Shown here in pieces: positions 19,636-33,904 of a stretch of DNA of 64,000 nt (positions are counted from its first letter, which is position 1; each line of letters opens with the position of its first letter). A model generated the notes under the pieces. It ran no database searches. It had not been told where the DNA came from and saw only the letters and a program-made list of their open reading frames with translations. Source of the stretch: Candidatus Latescibacterota bacterium (GTDB lineage Bacteria; Latescibacterota; UBA2968; UBA8231); contig OZ241889.1 in the NCBI GenBank assembly GCA_965203355.1, positions 1,760,001 to 1,824,000 of the forward strand, in the 5' to 3' direction. Both the position numbers and the translations under genes were made by a program.

Positions 19636-21009
19636 ATGGAAGCCATAGTCGCCAGTGTGCGACAAGTGTTGCAGGAAGAGGGCTTGGAAGTCGGTGCTAG
19701 CGTAGTCGTCGCAGCGTCGGGCGGCGTTGATTCGACGGTGTTGCTCGATGTCTTGGATGGCCTAGAGTACCGGTTGCACGTGGCGCACTTAGACCACGCG
19801 CTGCGGCCGGGTTCGGTGGCCGACAGCCGCTTTGTCGCCGACGAGGCGCAGCGACGCGGGTTGCCTTGCTCGGTAGAACGGCGCGACGTAGGGGCTTACG
19901 CCCGAAGCGAGGGGCTGTCGCTAGAGGAAGCGGGTCGTCGGCAGCGCTACGCCTTGCTCGACCAAGTCGCCGCTCGGGTCGGGGCCGAGTTCATCGCCTT
20001 GGGGCACCACGCCGACGACCAAGCCGAGACCGTGATCTTGCGCCTGTTGCGCGGCAGCGGTGCCACCGGCTTAGGGGGGATGGAGATTGTGCGCGAGGGC
20101 CGCTATGTGAGGCCGCTGCTGCGCGTGCGGCGCGCTGAAATCGAAAAATACGCACGCCAGCGGGGCTTGCGCTACCGAGAGGACCCCTCCAACCGCGACC
20201 GGCGATTTTTGCGCAATCGAGTACGCGCGGAACTAATGCCCTTGCTCAAGAGCTATAATTCCAACATCGCCGAGGTTCTAAATCGCACCGCTGCGCTGCT
20301 CAAGGCCGAGGATGACCTACTCGCCGCGCTAGCCCAAGAGGCTTTAGATACAGTGATTTGTGAGCGTTGTAGCGACAAGGTGGCTCTTGATAGTAATAGG
20401 CTTCTCTCTTATCATATAGCCATACAAAGGCGCGTGTTGCGCGCCGTGCTTCAGGGCCTTGCCGCCGCAGAAGGCCCTTTTGATTTTGCCCGCGTCGAGC
20501 AAGTGCGGCGCTGGATTGGCGGCGGCGACAAACGCCTGCGGATGTTGGGTGCTGGGCTGAGGGCGCAGGGTTGTGGTACACGCTATATCTTGCGTCGCGG
20601 TCAGCGGTCGCCGATCGCGTGCTGTTTCGAGATACCCGGTGTACTCGTGCTAAGAGAGCACGGCGTGAGAATCCGCGTTCAAATCGTCTCCCCAGAGCAC
20701 TTCGACAAGGCCCAGCTAGGAGGCGCGCAGGTGGCTTTGGACGCGGACCGACTCGGCACGCAGGTGCGAGTGCGTAGCCTGCGGCCGGGCGATCGCTTTC
20801 AGCCGCTGGGCATGGAAGGACACAAAAAACTGAGCGACTTTCTCATCGACGCTAAGTGGCCAAAAATCTCGCGCGACGAAGTGCTGGTGCTGGCCCAAGG
20901 AGAGGAAATAGCTTGGGTTGCACCCCTGCGTTCTAGTCATGCCTTTAGAATAGAATCCACTACGCGCCGCATCGCCTTGTGTACGCTGAGGCACTGGGAC
21001 GGCGATTGA
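19636..21009 (+). CDS. tilS: tRNA(Ile)-lysidine synthase
   Basis: SGGVDS, HLDHALR, GHHADDQAET, RPLL, EDPSN, RNRVR. Confidence 0.95.
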   Translation: MEAIVASVRQVLQEEGLEVGASVVVAASGGVDSTVLLDVLDGLEYRLHVAHLDHALRPGSVADSRFVADEAQRRGLPCSVERRDVGAYARSEGLSLEEAGRRQRYALLDQVAARVGAEFIALGHHADDQAETVILRLLRGSGATGLGGMEIVREGRYVRPLLRVRRAEIEKYARQRGLRYREDPSNRDRRFLRNRVRAELMPLLKSYNSNIAEVLNRTAALLKAEDDLLAALAQEALDTVICERCSDKVALDSNRLLSYHIAIQRRVLRAVLQGLAAAEGPFDFARVEQVRRWIGGGDKRLRMLGAGLRAQGCGTRYILRRGQRSPIACCFEIPGVLVLREHGVRIRVQIVSPEHFDKAQLGGAQVALDADRLGTQVRVRSLRPGDRFQPLGMEGHKKLSDFLIDAKWPKISRDEVLVLAQGEEIAWVAPLRSSHAFRIESTTRRIALCTLRHWDGD

Positions 21010-21024
21010 CCTAGAGCATCTGTC

Positions 21025-22949
<1,925 letters not shown>

Positions 22950-22953
<4 letters not shown>

Positions 22954-23798
22954 TCTGGGAGTTGGGAAGTCGCACTCTCCACTTTGGCGACCTCGTACAG
23001 ATCATGGGCGTCCTCAATGCGACGCCCGATTCGTTTTACGACGGGGGGTGCTACAGCGAACCGAGTGCTGCGGTGGAGCGCGGCTTGGCGATGGTGGAGG
23101 AAGGGGCGGCAATCGTCGATATTGGGGGGGAATCGTCGCGCCCGCCGATGTACGGGGCCGCCGCAGAGGTCTCAGTTGCCGAGGAGTGCGCTCGGGTTCT
23201 TCCGGTCGTCCGGGGCCTTCGCCGCCAGAGTGCCGTGCCCATCTCGGTTGACACGGTCAAGGCCGAAGTGGCGCGCCGGGCCCTTGAAGTGGGGGCCGAC
23301 ATCATCAACGACATTAGCGCCCTGCGGCACGATCCGGCCATGGCCGAGGTCGCCGCACAGGCTAACGCCCCCGTGGTACTGATGCACCGCCGGGGCACGG
23401 CGGCTACCATGCAGCAAAATACCCACTACGATGACCTGCCCGGGGCGGTGTACTCCTTCCTACAAGAGCGCGTATGCGCGGCCCGCGCCCAAGGCGTCGA
23501 GCGCGTGGCCGTGGATCCGGGCTTGGGGTTTGGCAAGTCGCCGGAGGGCAATCTCGCTTTGTTGGGGATGTTAGAGCACTTCTTGGGATTGGAGTGCCCG
23601 CTGGTGGTAGGTGCTTCGCGCAAATCCTTTATCTGGAAGACGCTTGGGCTCTCGGCCGCCGAGAGCTTGGAGGGCAGCTTGGCGGCGGCAACGCTAGCGG
23701 CTAGGGCCGGCGTCCACGTGCTGCGAGTCCACGACGTGTCTGCGACGCTGCGGGCCGTCCGCTTGGTCGAGGCCGTGCGGAGCCAAATGCCGTGCTAA
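22950..23798 (+). CDS. folP: Dihydropteroate synthase
   Basis: MGVLNATPDSFYDGG, DIGGESSRP, DPGLGFGK, SRKSF, RVHDV. Confidence 0.96.
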
Positions 23799-24574
23799 AA
23801 GACCCGGTCCTGTTCCATCTGTTTGGCTTTCTGCCGGTCTCGTTGGCCTCTGTGGTGGATATCCTACTGGTGAGTTTCATCTTTTTTCGCTTGTTCTCCC
23901 TGATTAAGGAAACCCGCGCCGCGCACATGGTCGCCGGGCTGCTCTTGATGGTGTTCGTGGCCTTGGCCGCACCTTGGCTCAAGATGAACGCCCTGTCTTG
24001 GCTTTTGGAGCAGGTGCGCTCCATCTTGCTGATCCTGCTGGTCATTCTCTTTCAGCCCGAGCTGCGTCGGCTCCTGCAAGTCTTGGGGCAGACCCCGGCG
24101 TTCCGTTGGTTTTACAAGGCCGAGCCGTCGCGGATCATCGACGAGGTCGTCAGCGGAGTCGGGCGTTTGGCCGATCTGGGGTACGGCGCGTTGATCGTGC
24201 TGGTGCGCCAAGTCCAGATCAGACCGGTCATTGAGACTGGGGTGCCCCTGAATTCGGAAGTGTCGGACGATTTGCTAACCACGATTTTCAGTCCACGCGC
24301 TCCGCTGCACGACCGCGCCGTCGTCATCCAAGGCGAGCGCTTGGTGGCGGCCCGCTGCACCTTGCCGCTGGCCGAAGAGGTCGAAGACCAGCGGCTGGGA
24401 ACCCGCCATCGGGCGGCATTGGGGCTATCGCAGGAATCGGACGCGGTAGTTATCGTCGTCTCCGAGGAGAACAGTGCTATTTCGCTGGCGGTGGGTGGGG
24501 TGTTTTGGCGGGGGTTAGACCGCCGGCAACTCAAGCTCCGCCTACAAGAGCAGATGGCCTCGGGCCGAGCGTAG
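23792..24574 (+). CDS. dacA: Diadenylate cyclase CdaA/DacA
   Basis: Three TM helices; FQPELRR, GALIV, PLHDRA (canonical DGA), GTRHRAA, VSEE. Confidence 0.9.
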   Translation: MLKDPVLFHLFGFLPVSLASVVDILLVSFIFFRLFSLIKETRAAHMVAGLLLMVFVALAAPWLKMNALSWLLEQVRSILLILLVILFQPELRRLLQVLGQTPAFRWFYKAEPSRIIDEVVSGVGRLADLGYGALIVLVRQVQIRPVIETGVPLNSEVSDDLLTTIFSPRAPLHDRAVVIQGERLVAARCTLPLAEEVEDQRLGTRHRAALGLSQESDAVVIVVSEENSAISLAVGGVFWRGLDRRQLKLRLQEQMASGRA

Positions 24575-24590
24575 CGCGGCGGCGTTTTGC

Positions 24591-24659
24591 TTGACACGGT
24601 CTCGGCGGTACTCTACTTTAAATCGAATTTTTATTTTAATTAAAGAATAAAAATTATGA
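24591..24659 (+). promoter_or_regulatory. argR promoter with tandem ARG-box-like sites
   Basis: TTGACA-17-TACTTT, then ATCGAATTTTTATTTTAA and AAAGAATAAAAATTATGA (GAAT-W4-ATT cores); very AT-rich. Confidence 0.65.
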
Positions 24660-25123
24660 AAAATAAACAGATGCGGCAGACTCGCATGCGGGAGCTGCTC
24701 TACAGAAGGTCCATTGACACGCACGAAAAATTGGCCGAAGTCCTCCAGCAACAAGGCATTGAAGTCAGCCAGTCGACCTTGTCGAAAGACTTGCGTGAAA
24801 TAGGCGTGGTGCGAGTGCCGCAGGCCGGTGGGGGATTTCGCTATACGCTGCCCGAAGCCGGGGCTACGCTGCGCGACCTACACATTCTAGAGCGAGAGCT
24901 GCAGGACTTCTTGGTCCAGACCGAACAGATAATCAACATGGTGCTGGTGCGGACCGTGTCCGGGCATGCCCAAAGCGTTTGCGAGGCCATTGATCGCATG
25001 AGTTGGGCCGAGGTCGCGGGTACGCTGGCCGGCGAAAACACCATCTTTATCGTCACTCGTTGCGAGCGAGATGCGGCGAAGTTAGTCGATAAGATCGACG
25101 CAGTATGCGGCGCGGAGGATTGA
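24656..25123 (+). CDS. argR: Arginine repressor
   Basis: VSQSTLSKDLREIG helix; GTLAGENTIFI. Confidence 0.92.
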   Translation: MKNKQMRQTRMRELLYRRSIDTHEKLAEVLQQQGIEVSQSTLSKDLREIGVVRVPQAGGGFRYTLPEAGATLRDLHILERELQDFLVQTEQIINMVLVRTVSGHAQSVCEAIDRMSWAEVAGTLAGENTIFIVTRCERDAAKLVDKIDAVCGAED

Positions 25124-26010
25124 TGAACGCCGAGGTTTTGCAGGACTTTCAGATCCAGATCAGCAAAGCCGAGACCCTGATAGAGGCCCTGCCGTACCTA
25201 CAGGAATTTCGCGGCAAAGTGATGGTCGTCAAATACGGCGGCAGCACCATGGGCAGCGGGGACACCGTATATAAGGACATCGTTTTCATGCAGGCGGTCG
25301 GCATTTGTCCGGTCGTGGTCCACGGTGGTGGCCCGGCCATCACCCGGCGTCTGCAAGAGTTGGGCATTGAAAGCCAGCGCATAGATGGGTTGCGGGTGAC
25401 GGACGCCGTCGCGATGAAGGTGGTTGAAGATGTGCTTTTTGGCGAGGTCAACGCGCGGATCGTCCGCGAGATTGGGGCACTAAACGGGCGGGCCGTGGGC
25501 CTCTCGGCCAAGGACGCCGGGATCATGCAGGTGCGCAAGCATTGGGCCCAAACCGATGGTGCGCCCTTGGACATCGGCTATGTCGGCGATGTCCAGCACG
25601 TGGATACCGAGCCTTTGTTGGACTTGATAGCCAAGGGCATGATCCCGGTGGTCGCGCCGATTGGCCGCGGTCCAGCCGGGGAAAGCTTCAACGTCAATGC
25701 CGATACGGCGGCCGGGGAAATCGCCGCGGCCCTGCACGCTGAAAAGTTGGTCTTTTTGACGGACGTGCAGGGCGTTATGCGCAATCTCACAGACGATGCG
25801 TCCCTGCTGTCAACGGTGCGCGTGTCTGATGTGGGCCAGCTCATTGACCAAGGCGTGATCCGGGGCGGGATGATTCCCAAAGTCGAAGCCTGTATCAAGT
25901 CCGTCAAAGCGGGTGTGCGCAAAACCCACGTCATCGACGGGCGCGTGTCGCATGCGATGTTGCTCGAGTTTTACACTCGGCAGGGTATTGGCACCCAAAT
26001 TGTCCAGTAG
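25123..26010 (+). CDS. argB: Acetylglutamate kinase
   Basis: EALPY, VKYGGS, VHGGGP, GLRVTD, NVNAD, GGMIPKV. Confidence 0.95.
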   Translation: MNAEVLQDFQIQISKAETLIEALPYLQEFRGKVMVVKYGGSTMGSGDTVYKDIVFMQAVGICPVVVHGGGPAITRRLQELGIESQRIDGLRVTDAVAMKVVEDVLFGEVNARIVREIGALNGRAVGLSAKDAGIMQVRKHWAQTDGAPLDIGYVGDVQHVDTEPLLDLIAKGMIPVVAPIGRGPAGESFNVNADTAAGEIAAALHAEKLVFLTDVQGVMRNLTDDASLLSTVRVSDVGQLIDQGVIRGGMIPKVEACIKSVKAGVRKTHVIDGRVSHAMLLEFYTRQGIGTQIVQ

Positions 26011-26025
26011 GACGACGGAGGAACC

Positions 26026-27222
26026 ATGAAAACCGAAGACATTATCAAGGGCGAGGCGCGATACATTTTGCAGACCTACGGTCGGCCCGAGTTCGTATTA
26101 GAGCGGGGCAATGGGGTCTATCTCTTCGATACGGACGGCAATCGCTACCTCGATTTCGTCAGTGGCTTAGCGGTCAATGCCTTGGGCTATGGCGACTACG
26201 AGGTTGTCAAGGCGATTGAGGCGCAAGCGGCCAAATTGATGCATGTGTCCAACCTCTACCACACCATCCCGTCGGTCCAAGTAGCGCAGCGGCTAGTCGA
26301 GCATTCGTTTGCCGATCGGGTGTTCTTCTGCAACAGCGGCACCGAGGCGTGGGAGGCGTCGCTCAAATTTTGCCGCAAGTGGGGCAACACCACCCACGAC
26401 TCGCCCAAAAATCGCCTCATCGCCTTTGAAAATTCCTTTCACGGGCGGACCTATGGCTCCATCTCGACGACCGGCCAGCCCAAGTATCACAAGGGGTTTG
26501 AGCCGCTGCTGCCGGGCATTGACTTCGCCCGCTTCAACGACTTGGCCTCTGTGGAGGCACTGGTTTCGGATCAGACCTGTGCGATTTTGGTCGAGCCGTT
26601 GCAGGCCGAGGGGGGGATCCACGCCGCAACGGCGGAATTTCTCACCGGGCTAAGACGCTTGTGCGATGAGCGGGAGATGCTGCTGGTCTTCGACGAGATC
26701 CAAGTGGGGTGCGGGCGTTTAGGCTCGCTGTGGGCCCATCAGCAATACGAGGTTGAACCGGATATTATGACCTTGGCCAAGGCCCTCGGCGGCGGTTTGC
26801 CGATCGGCGTCGCGCTCTTGCGGCAGAAGGTGGCCGACGCCATTGAGGCCGGCGATCACGCCGCGACGTTCGGCGCCAATCCCGTGGCTTGCGCCGCGGC
26901 AAACGCGGTCTTAGACAAGTTGCTGGAGCCAGATTTTATGGACGGAGTGCGCGAAAAAGGCGCGCACTTGATCGGCCGCCTGCAAAAGCTGCAACAGCGC
27001 TGGCCTGAGCACATCGCCGAAATCCGCGGCAAAGGGCTGATCGCCGGCGCGGTCACCAGCCAGCCAGCCGCGGGCTATCTGGCCGCCTTCCGTCAGCGCG
27101 ACATCTTGATCGCCACGGCTGGGGCCGATGTGGTGCGCTTCCTGCCGCCGCTGATCGTCGAGCGGGATCGCATTGACGAAGTAGTAGATGTATTCGACGA
27201 GATATTGCGCCAAGGCGTCTGA
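26026..27222 (+). CDS. argD: Acetylornithine aminotransferase
   Basis: FCNSGTEA, SFHGRT, DEIQVGCGR, LAKALGGG. Confidence 0.93.
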   Translation: MKTEDIIKGEARYILQTYGRPEFVLERGNGVYLFDTDGNRYLDFVSGLAVNALGYGDYEVVKAIEAQAAKLMHVSNLYHTIPSVQVAQRLVEHSFADRVFFCNSGTEAWEASLKFCRKWGNTTHDSPKNRLIAFENSFHGRTYGSISTTGQPKYHKGFEPLLPGIDFARFNDLASVEALVSDQTCAILVEPLQAEGGIHAATAEFLTGLRRLCDEREMLLVFDEIQVGCGRLGSLWAHQQYEVEPDIMTLAKALGGGLPIGVALLRQKVADAIEAGDHAATFGANPVACAAANAVLDKLLEPDFMDGVREKGAHLIGRLQKLQQRWPEHIAEIRGKGLIAGAVTSQPAAGYLAAFRQRDILIATAGADVVRFLPPLIVERDRIDEVVDVFDEILRQGV

Positions 27223-28607
27223 TGGCCGTGGTACAAACGCCTTGGGGCGGGCGGTTTCAGTCGGCACCGGCCGAGCTGATGGAGCGCTTCAACGCCTCGA
27301 TTGGCTTCGACCGCAAGCTGTTGGCCGCCGACATTGCCGGCAGCGTGGCCTACGCCCGCGCCCTACAGCGGGCCGGCGTCCTCAGCGCCGGGGAACTGGG
27401 GCAGATTGAAGCGGGGCTAAAGCAGGTACAGGAAGATTTTTCGGCTCCTGACTGCGTACTCCCCGACGCGCTTGAAGACATCCACATGGCGGTGGAGCAG
27501 CGGCTGACCGAGTTGATTGGGCCGGTCGGCGGCAAGCTGCACACCGGGCGCAGCCGCAACGACCAAGTCAACTTAGACGAGCGGCTCTACCTGCGGAGCG
27601 CGATTGCATCGCTTCAGGCGCAGATTCGCCACCTGCAAGGGGTGCTGCTGGCCTCAGGTGAGCAACACAGCCGCGTGGTGCTGCCCGGCTACACGCACCT
27701 ACAACAGGCCCAACCGATTCTTTTCCCCCACTATGCGCTGTCGTTGTTCTGGATGCTGGAGCGCGACCGCGGGCGGTTGGGAGACGCTTGGCAGCGAGCC
27801 GACTTTCTGCCGTTGGGTTCTGGGGCGTTGGCCGGGAGTGCGTTTCCGCTCGACCGAGCCTTCCTCGCCCGCGAACTCGGATTCTCGCAGGTGACCCCCA
27901 ACAGCCTCGACGCGGTTAGCGACCGCGATTTTCTGCTCGAGACCCTGTCCGCGCTGGCGATTCTAATGATGCACTTGAGCCGTTTCTGCGAGGATTTGAT
28001 CCTCTGGTCGTCGTCGGAGTTTGGCTTTGTCGAACTCGACGATCACTTTGCCACTGGCTCGAGCATGATGCCGCAAAAGAAAAACCCGGACGCGCTGGAA
28101 TTGGTGCGCGGCAAAACGGGCCGGGTGTACGGCAGCCTGATGGCGTTGCTGACGACGATGAAGGCCGTGCCGTTGACGTACGCTAAGGATTTGCAAGAAG
28201 ACAAGGAGCCGCTCTTTGATGCGCTGGAAACGGTGGCCCTTTGTCTAGCGGTTTTTGCCGGTGCTTGGGAGAGCATGGAAGTGCGTGCTGAACGGATGGC
28301 GGCCGCGGTGGATTCCACGGCCTTGGCAACGGATTTGGCCGACTATTTGGTGGGCCAAGGCGTGCCTTTCCGCGAGGCCCATCGCGTCGTTGGCCGCTTG
28401 GTGCGGGCCGCGCTAGAGCAAGGCCGCGCCCTCACCGACCTTAGCTTGGAACAGCTGCGCTCCCATAGCGCGGATTTCGGCGAGGACGCACTCGGCCTGC
28501 TCGATGTGCGCCACAGCTTGGCGCGCCGCAATATAGAGGGTGGTACCGGCCCGCAGGCCGTGGCCGAGCAGATGGAAAAGGCGCGGCGCGCATGGGCCGC
28601 GAAGTGA
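27222..28607 (+). CDS. argH: Argininosuccinate lyase
   Basis: WGGRF, HTGRSRNDQ, PGYTHLQ, GSSMMPQKKNPD. Confidence 0.96.
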   Translation: MAVVQTPWGGRFQSAPAELMERFNASIGFDRKLLAADIAGSVAYARALQRAGVLSAGELGQIEAGLKQVQEDFSAPDCVLPDALEDIHMAVEQRLTELIGPVGGKLHTGRSRNDQVNLDERLYLRSAIASLQAQIRHLQGVLLASGEQHSRVVLPGYTHLQQAQPILFPHYALSLFWMLERDRGRLGDAWQRADFLPLGSGALAGSAFPLDRAFLARELGFSQVTPNSLDAVSDRDFLLETLSALAILMMHLSRFCEDLILWSSSEFGFVELDDHFATGSSMMPQKKNPDALELVRGKTGRVYGSLMALLTTMKAVPLTYAKDLQEDKEPLFDALETVALCLAVFAGAWESMEVRAERMAAAVDSTALATDLADYLVGQGVPFREAHRVVGRLVRAALEQGRALTDLSLEQLRSHSADFGEDALGLLDVRHSLARRNIEGGTGPQAVAEQMEKARRAWAAK

Positions 28608-28611
28608 ACCC

Positions 28612-30039
28612 ATGTTAGTGGCGATTAAAGATATCGAGTTTTACGTGCGCGAGATGCGGATGCGGATGCCGTTTAAGTTCGGCAACGCGATTGCCGATAG
28701 TCTGACTGCGCTACACGTGGCCATGGATCTAGAACTGAGCAATGGTCGTCGGGCGCGGGGTTGGGCTGCGGACATGCTTTCGCCTCGGTGGTTCGACAAA
28801 AACCCAAACAAGCCGATGGCCGAGGGGAGCCGCAACTTGGTGGATGGCGCGCGTGCGGCTGCCACCGCTTATCGGGAGTCGGGTCGAACTGGCGCGGCCC
28901 CATTCGCCATATGGGAGGCGGGATACGAGGCCAGCCGGGCGTGGGGTCGGGCGCGGGGCGTCAACGATCTGCTGGCGTCCAATGGCGCGGCCCTAATGGA
29001 ACGGGCACTCATCGATGGCTTGGGGGTCGCGCTGGACCAGCCCTATTTTGCGCTGTTGCAGGGCAATGTGCTCGGGTTGGCGTTGGGGAACATGCACCCG
29101 GAGCTAGCCGGGCTGGAGCTTGCGGCGGTGCTGCCGGCGGCACCGGTGCGCTCGCTGTACATCCGCCACACGGTCGGCTTGGTCGATCCCATTCGCACGG
29201 CCGCGATTGCACCCGCCGAGCGATTGAACGACGGGTTGCCGCAGTCCTTGGAGGAGTGCATTCAGAGCCAGGGCTTGCGCTATTTCAAGATCAAGATCGG
29301 CGGCGACCCCGAGGCTGATTTCGAGCGCTTAGCGGAGATTGCTGCGCTGTTGGACGAGCGCAGCGCCGAGTACCACATCACGCTCGATGGCAACGAACAA
29401 TACGGCGATGCGGCCGATTTGCTGGCCTTATTGGAGCGGATTGAAAATCAATTGGGCGCGTTTTACCACCGCATCCTCTACGTCGAGCAGCCCATGGACC
29501 GCGCCCTTTCCCTCGATCCCGCGCTAAAGAGCGACCTCGAAGTGCTGGCGGCGAAACGCCCGTTGTTGATCGACGAGTCGGATGAATCCTTGGATTCCTT
29601 TCACCGGGCGCTGGATTTGGGGTACAGCGGCGTCTCGTCCAAGTCCTGCAAAGGGTTGATCAAGGCGCTGGCCAACCGCGTACTCGCTTGCCAGCGCACG
29701 GCCGCGGGCCAGCCGCGTTTTGTCTCAGCCGAGGATTTAACCGCGGTGCCAGTGGTATCGCTACACCAGGATTTGGCGCATGTGGCGGCACTGGGTATCG
29801 GCCACGTCGAGCGCAATGGGCACCACTACGTGCGGGGGCTGGACCACTTGTCGGTTGCTGAGCGGGCGTGGTGCCTTGAGCGGCACGGCGATCTGTATCG
29901 CGCCGAAGGCCCGAGCGGCTTGCTCGACATCCGCGACGGCCAGATCGCGGTCGGTTCCCTGCAACGGCCGGGTCTCGGAGTTGATGGCGCGGTCGATAGC
30001 GCCGCCATGCAGCCACTAGCAGAGGCGCAACGCTCGTGA
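28612..30039 (+). CDS. Enolase/mandelate racemase superfamily protein (paralog 1)
   Basis: RMPFKFG, FKIKIG, LDGNEQY, EQP, IDES, HVERNGHHY. Confidence 0.75.
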   Translation: MLVAIKDIEFYVREMRMRMPFKFGNAIADSLTALHVAMDLELSNGRRARGWAADMLSPRWFDKNPNKPMAEGSRNLVDGARAAATAYRESGRTGAAPFAIWEAGYEASRAWGRARGVNDLLASNGAALMERALIDGLGVALDQPYFALLQGNVLGLALGNMHPELAGLELAAVLPAAPVRSLYIRHTVGLVDPIRTAAIAPAERLNDGLPQSLEECIQSQGLRYFKIKIGGDPEADFERLAEIAALLDERSAEYHITLDGNEQYGDAADLLALLERIENQLGAFYHRILYVEQPMDRALSLDPALKSDLEVLAAKRPLLIDESDESLDSFHRALDLGYSGVSSKSCKGLIKALANRVLACQRTAAGQPRFVSAEDLTAVPVVSLHQDLAHVAALGIGHVERNGHHYVRGLDHLSVAERAWCLERHGDLYRAEGPSGLLDIRDGQIAVGSLQRPGLGVDGAVDSAAMQPLAEAQRS

Positions 30040-31472
30040 GTGCCGCAGAAATAAGGCTTGACGACGTGCGGTTTTACATGCGGAATGTGCATACCCGCAT
30101 GCCCTTCAAATACGGTGCTGCCGTGCTGACCGCCGTGCCGATTCTCCACGTGGTGGCTCAGGGTGCGCTAAAAAACGGCACTCCGGTACAAGGGGTTGCC
30201 GCCGACATTCTGCCGCCGAAGTGGTTTGACAAAGACCCGGCCAAAAGCTACGAAGACAATGTCGCCGACTTGCTATGGGCGGCGCAGGCGGCGCGGTTGG
30301 CGTATTTGGATGCGGCGCGTACGCCCAAATCGTTCTTTGCCATATGGCAGGACGGTTATGCGCAGACGGTGTCTGCTGGCGACGCGCACGGCCTGAATAG
30401 GTTGACGGCTGTCCACGGCAGTACGCTGATGGAGCGCGCCCTAATTGACGCGGTAGGCTGCGGTGTGGACGCGAGTTACTTCGCATTGCTCAAGACCAAT
30501 GTCCTCGGCTTGGATTTGGGGGCGATGCACACTGAACTGCAAGGGGTGGAACCCGGCCAAGTGATCGGGGCTGCGCCGCTGGCGCAGTTGCACGTGCGGC
30601 ATACGGTCGGATTGGCCGATCCGATTGTCCCAAGCGACATGGCACCCGAGGAGCGCTTAGACGATGGGTTGCCGCAGTCGCTGGCCGATTGCGTCGAGCG
30701 TCAGGGGCTGACGTACTTCAAGGTCAAGGTGAACGGCGACTTGGAAGCCGACTTGGCGCGGTTGACCGCGATTGCCGAGCTGTTGGACGGGCGCGACGCC
30801 GAGTACAAGGTCACGCTCGATGGCAACGAGCAATACCGGGAAATGGACTCGCTCATTGGCTTGCTCGATACCCTTGCAGTCGCCCAGCCGCGTTTGTACG
30901 AGCGGATCCTCTACGTTGAGCAGCCCTTAGAGCGGAGCGTGGCGTTGGATGCTGCCCTGGAATCGGGCATCCGCGCCGCGGCTGGGCGTCGTCCCTTGCT
31001 CATTGACGAGTCGGACGATGCGCCGGACACCTTCCGCCAAGCCTTGGCCCTGGGGTACAAGGGCGTTTCGTCCAAAGCCTGCAAAGGGCTGGTCAAGGCC
31101 CTGGCCAATCTGGCGTTGGCGCGGCGCCGGGCGGGCTGTTTTCTCTCGGGCGAAGACCTAATGAACCTACCCGTGGTGCCCCTGCACCAAGATTTGGTGC
31201 AGGTAGCGGCGTTGGGGATTGGGCACGTCGAGCGCAATGGACACCACTACGTGCGGGGGTTAGATCACTTGACCGCGGACGAGCGCGCCGCCTGCTTGGC
31301 CACGCACGGGAAGCTCTATCGGGCGGCGGGCGACGGGTTGGTGGCTTTGGATGTGCGGGAAGGGAAAATCGAGATCGGATCGCTGCAAGTGGCGGGTTTG
31401 GGCGTGGGTGTGCCGGTGGCCGTGGATGAGATGGTGGAATTAGAGGAATGGAGATTTGCGTCGTTGGCCTGA
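30036..31472 (+). CDS. Enolase/mandelate racemase superfamily protein (paralog 2)
   Basis: RMPFKYG, FKVKVN, LDGNEQY, EQP, IDES, HVERNGHHY; colinear with paralog 1. Confidence 0.75.
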   Translation: MSAAEIRLDDVRFYMRNVHTRMPFKYGAAVLTAVPILHVVAQGALKNGTPVQGVAADILPPKWFDKDPAKSYEDNVADLLWAAQAARLAYLDAARTPKSFFAIWQDGYAQTVSAGDAHGLNRLTAVHGSTLMERALIDAVGCGVDASYFALLKTNVLGLDLGAMHTELQGVEPGQVIGAAPLAQLHVRHTVGLADPIVPSDMAPEERLDDGLPQSLADCVERQGLTYFKVKVNGDLEADLARLTAIAELLDGRDAEYKVTLDGNEQYREMDSLIGLLDTLAVAQPRLYERILYVEQPLERSVALDAALESGIRAAAGRRPLLIDESDDAPDTFRQALALGYKGVSSKACKGLVKALANLALARRRAGCFLSGEDLMNLPVVPLHQDLVQVAALGIGHVERNGHHYVRGLDHLTADERAACLATHGKLYRAAGDGLVALDVREGKIEIGSLQVAGLGVGVPVAVDEMVELEEWRFASLA

Positions 31473-31486
31473 CCTAGGAGAAGGCT

Positions 31487-33849
<2,363 letters not shown>

Positions 33850-33904
33850 TTATTGTCCGTCGCCGGGTCCAGCCTTATATTTTTGTCGCGGAACGAGATA
33901 GGAC

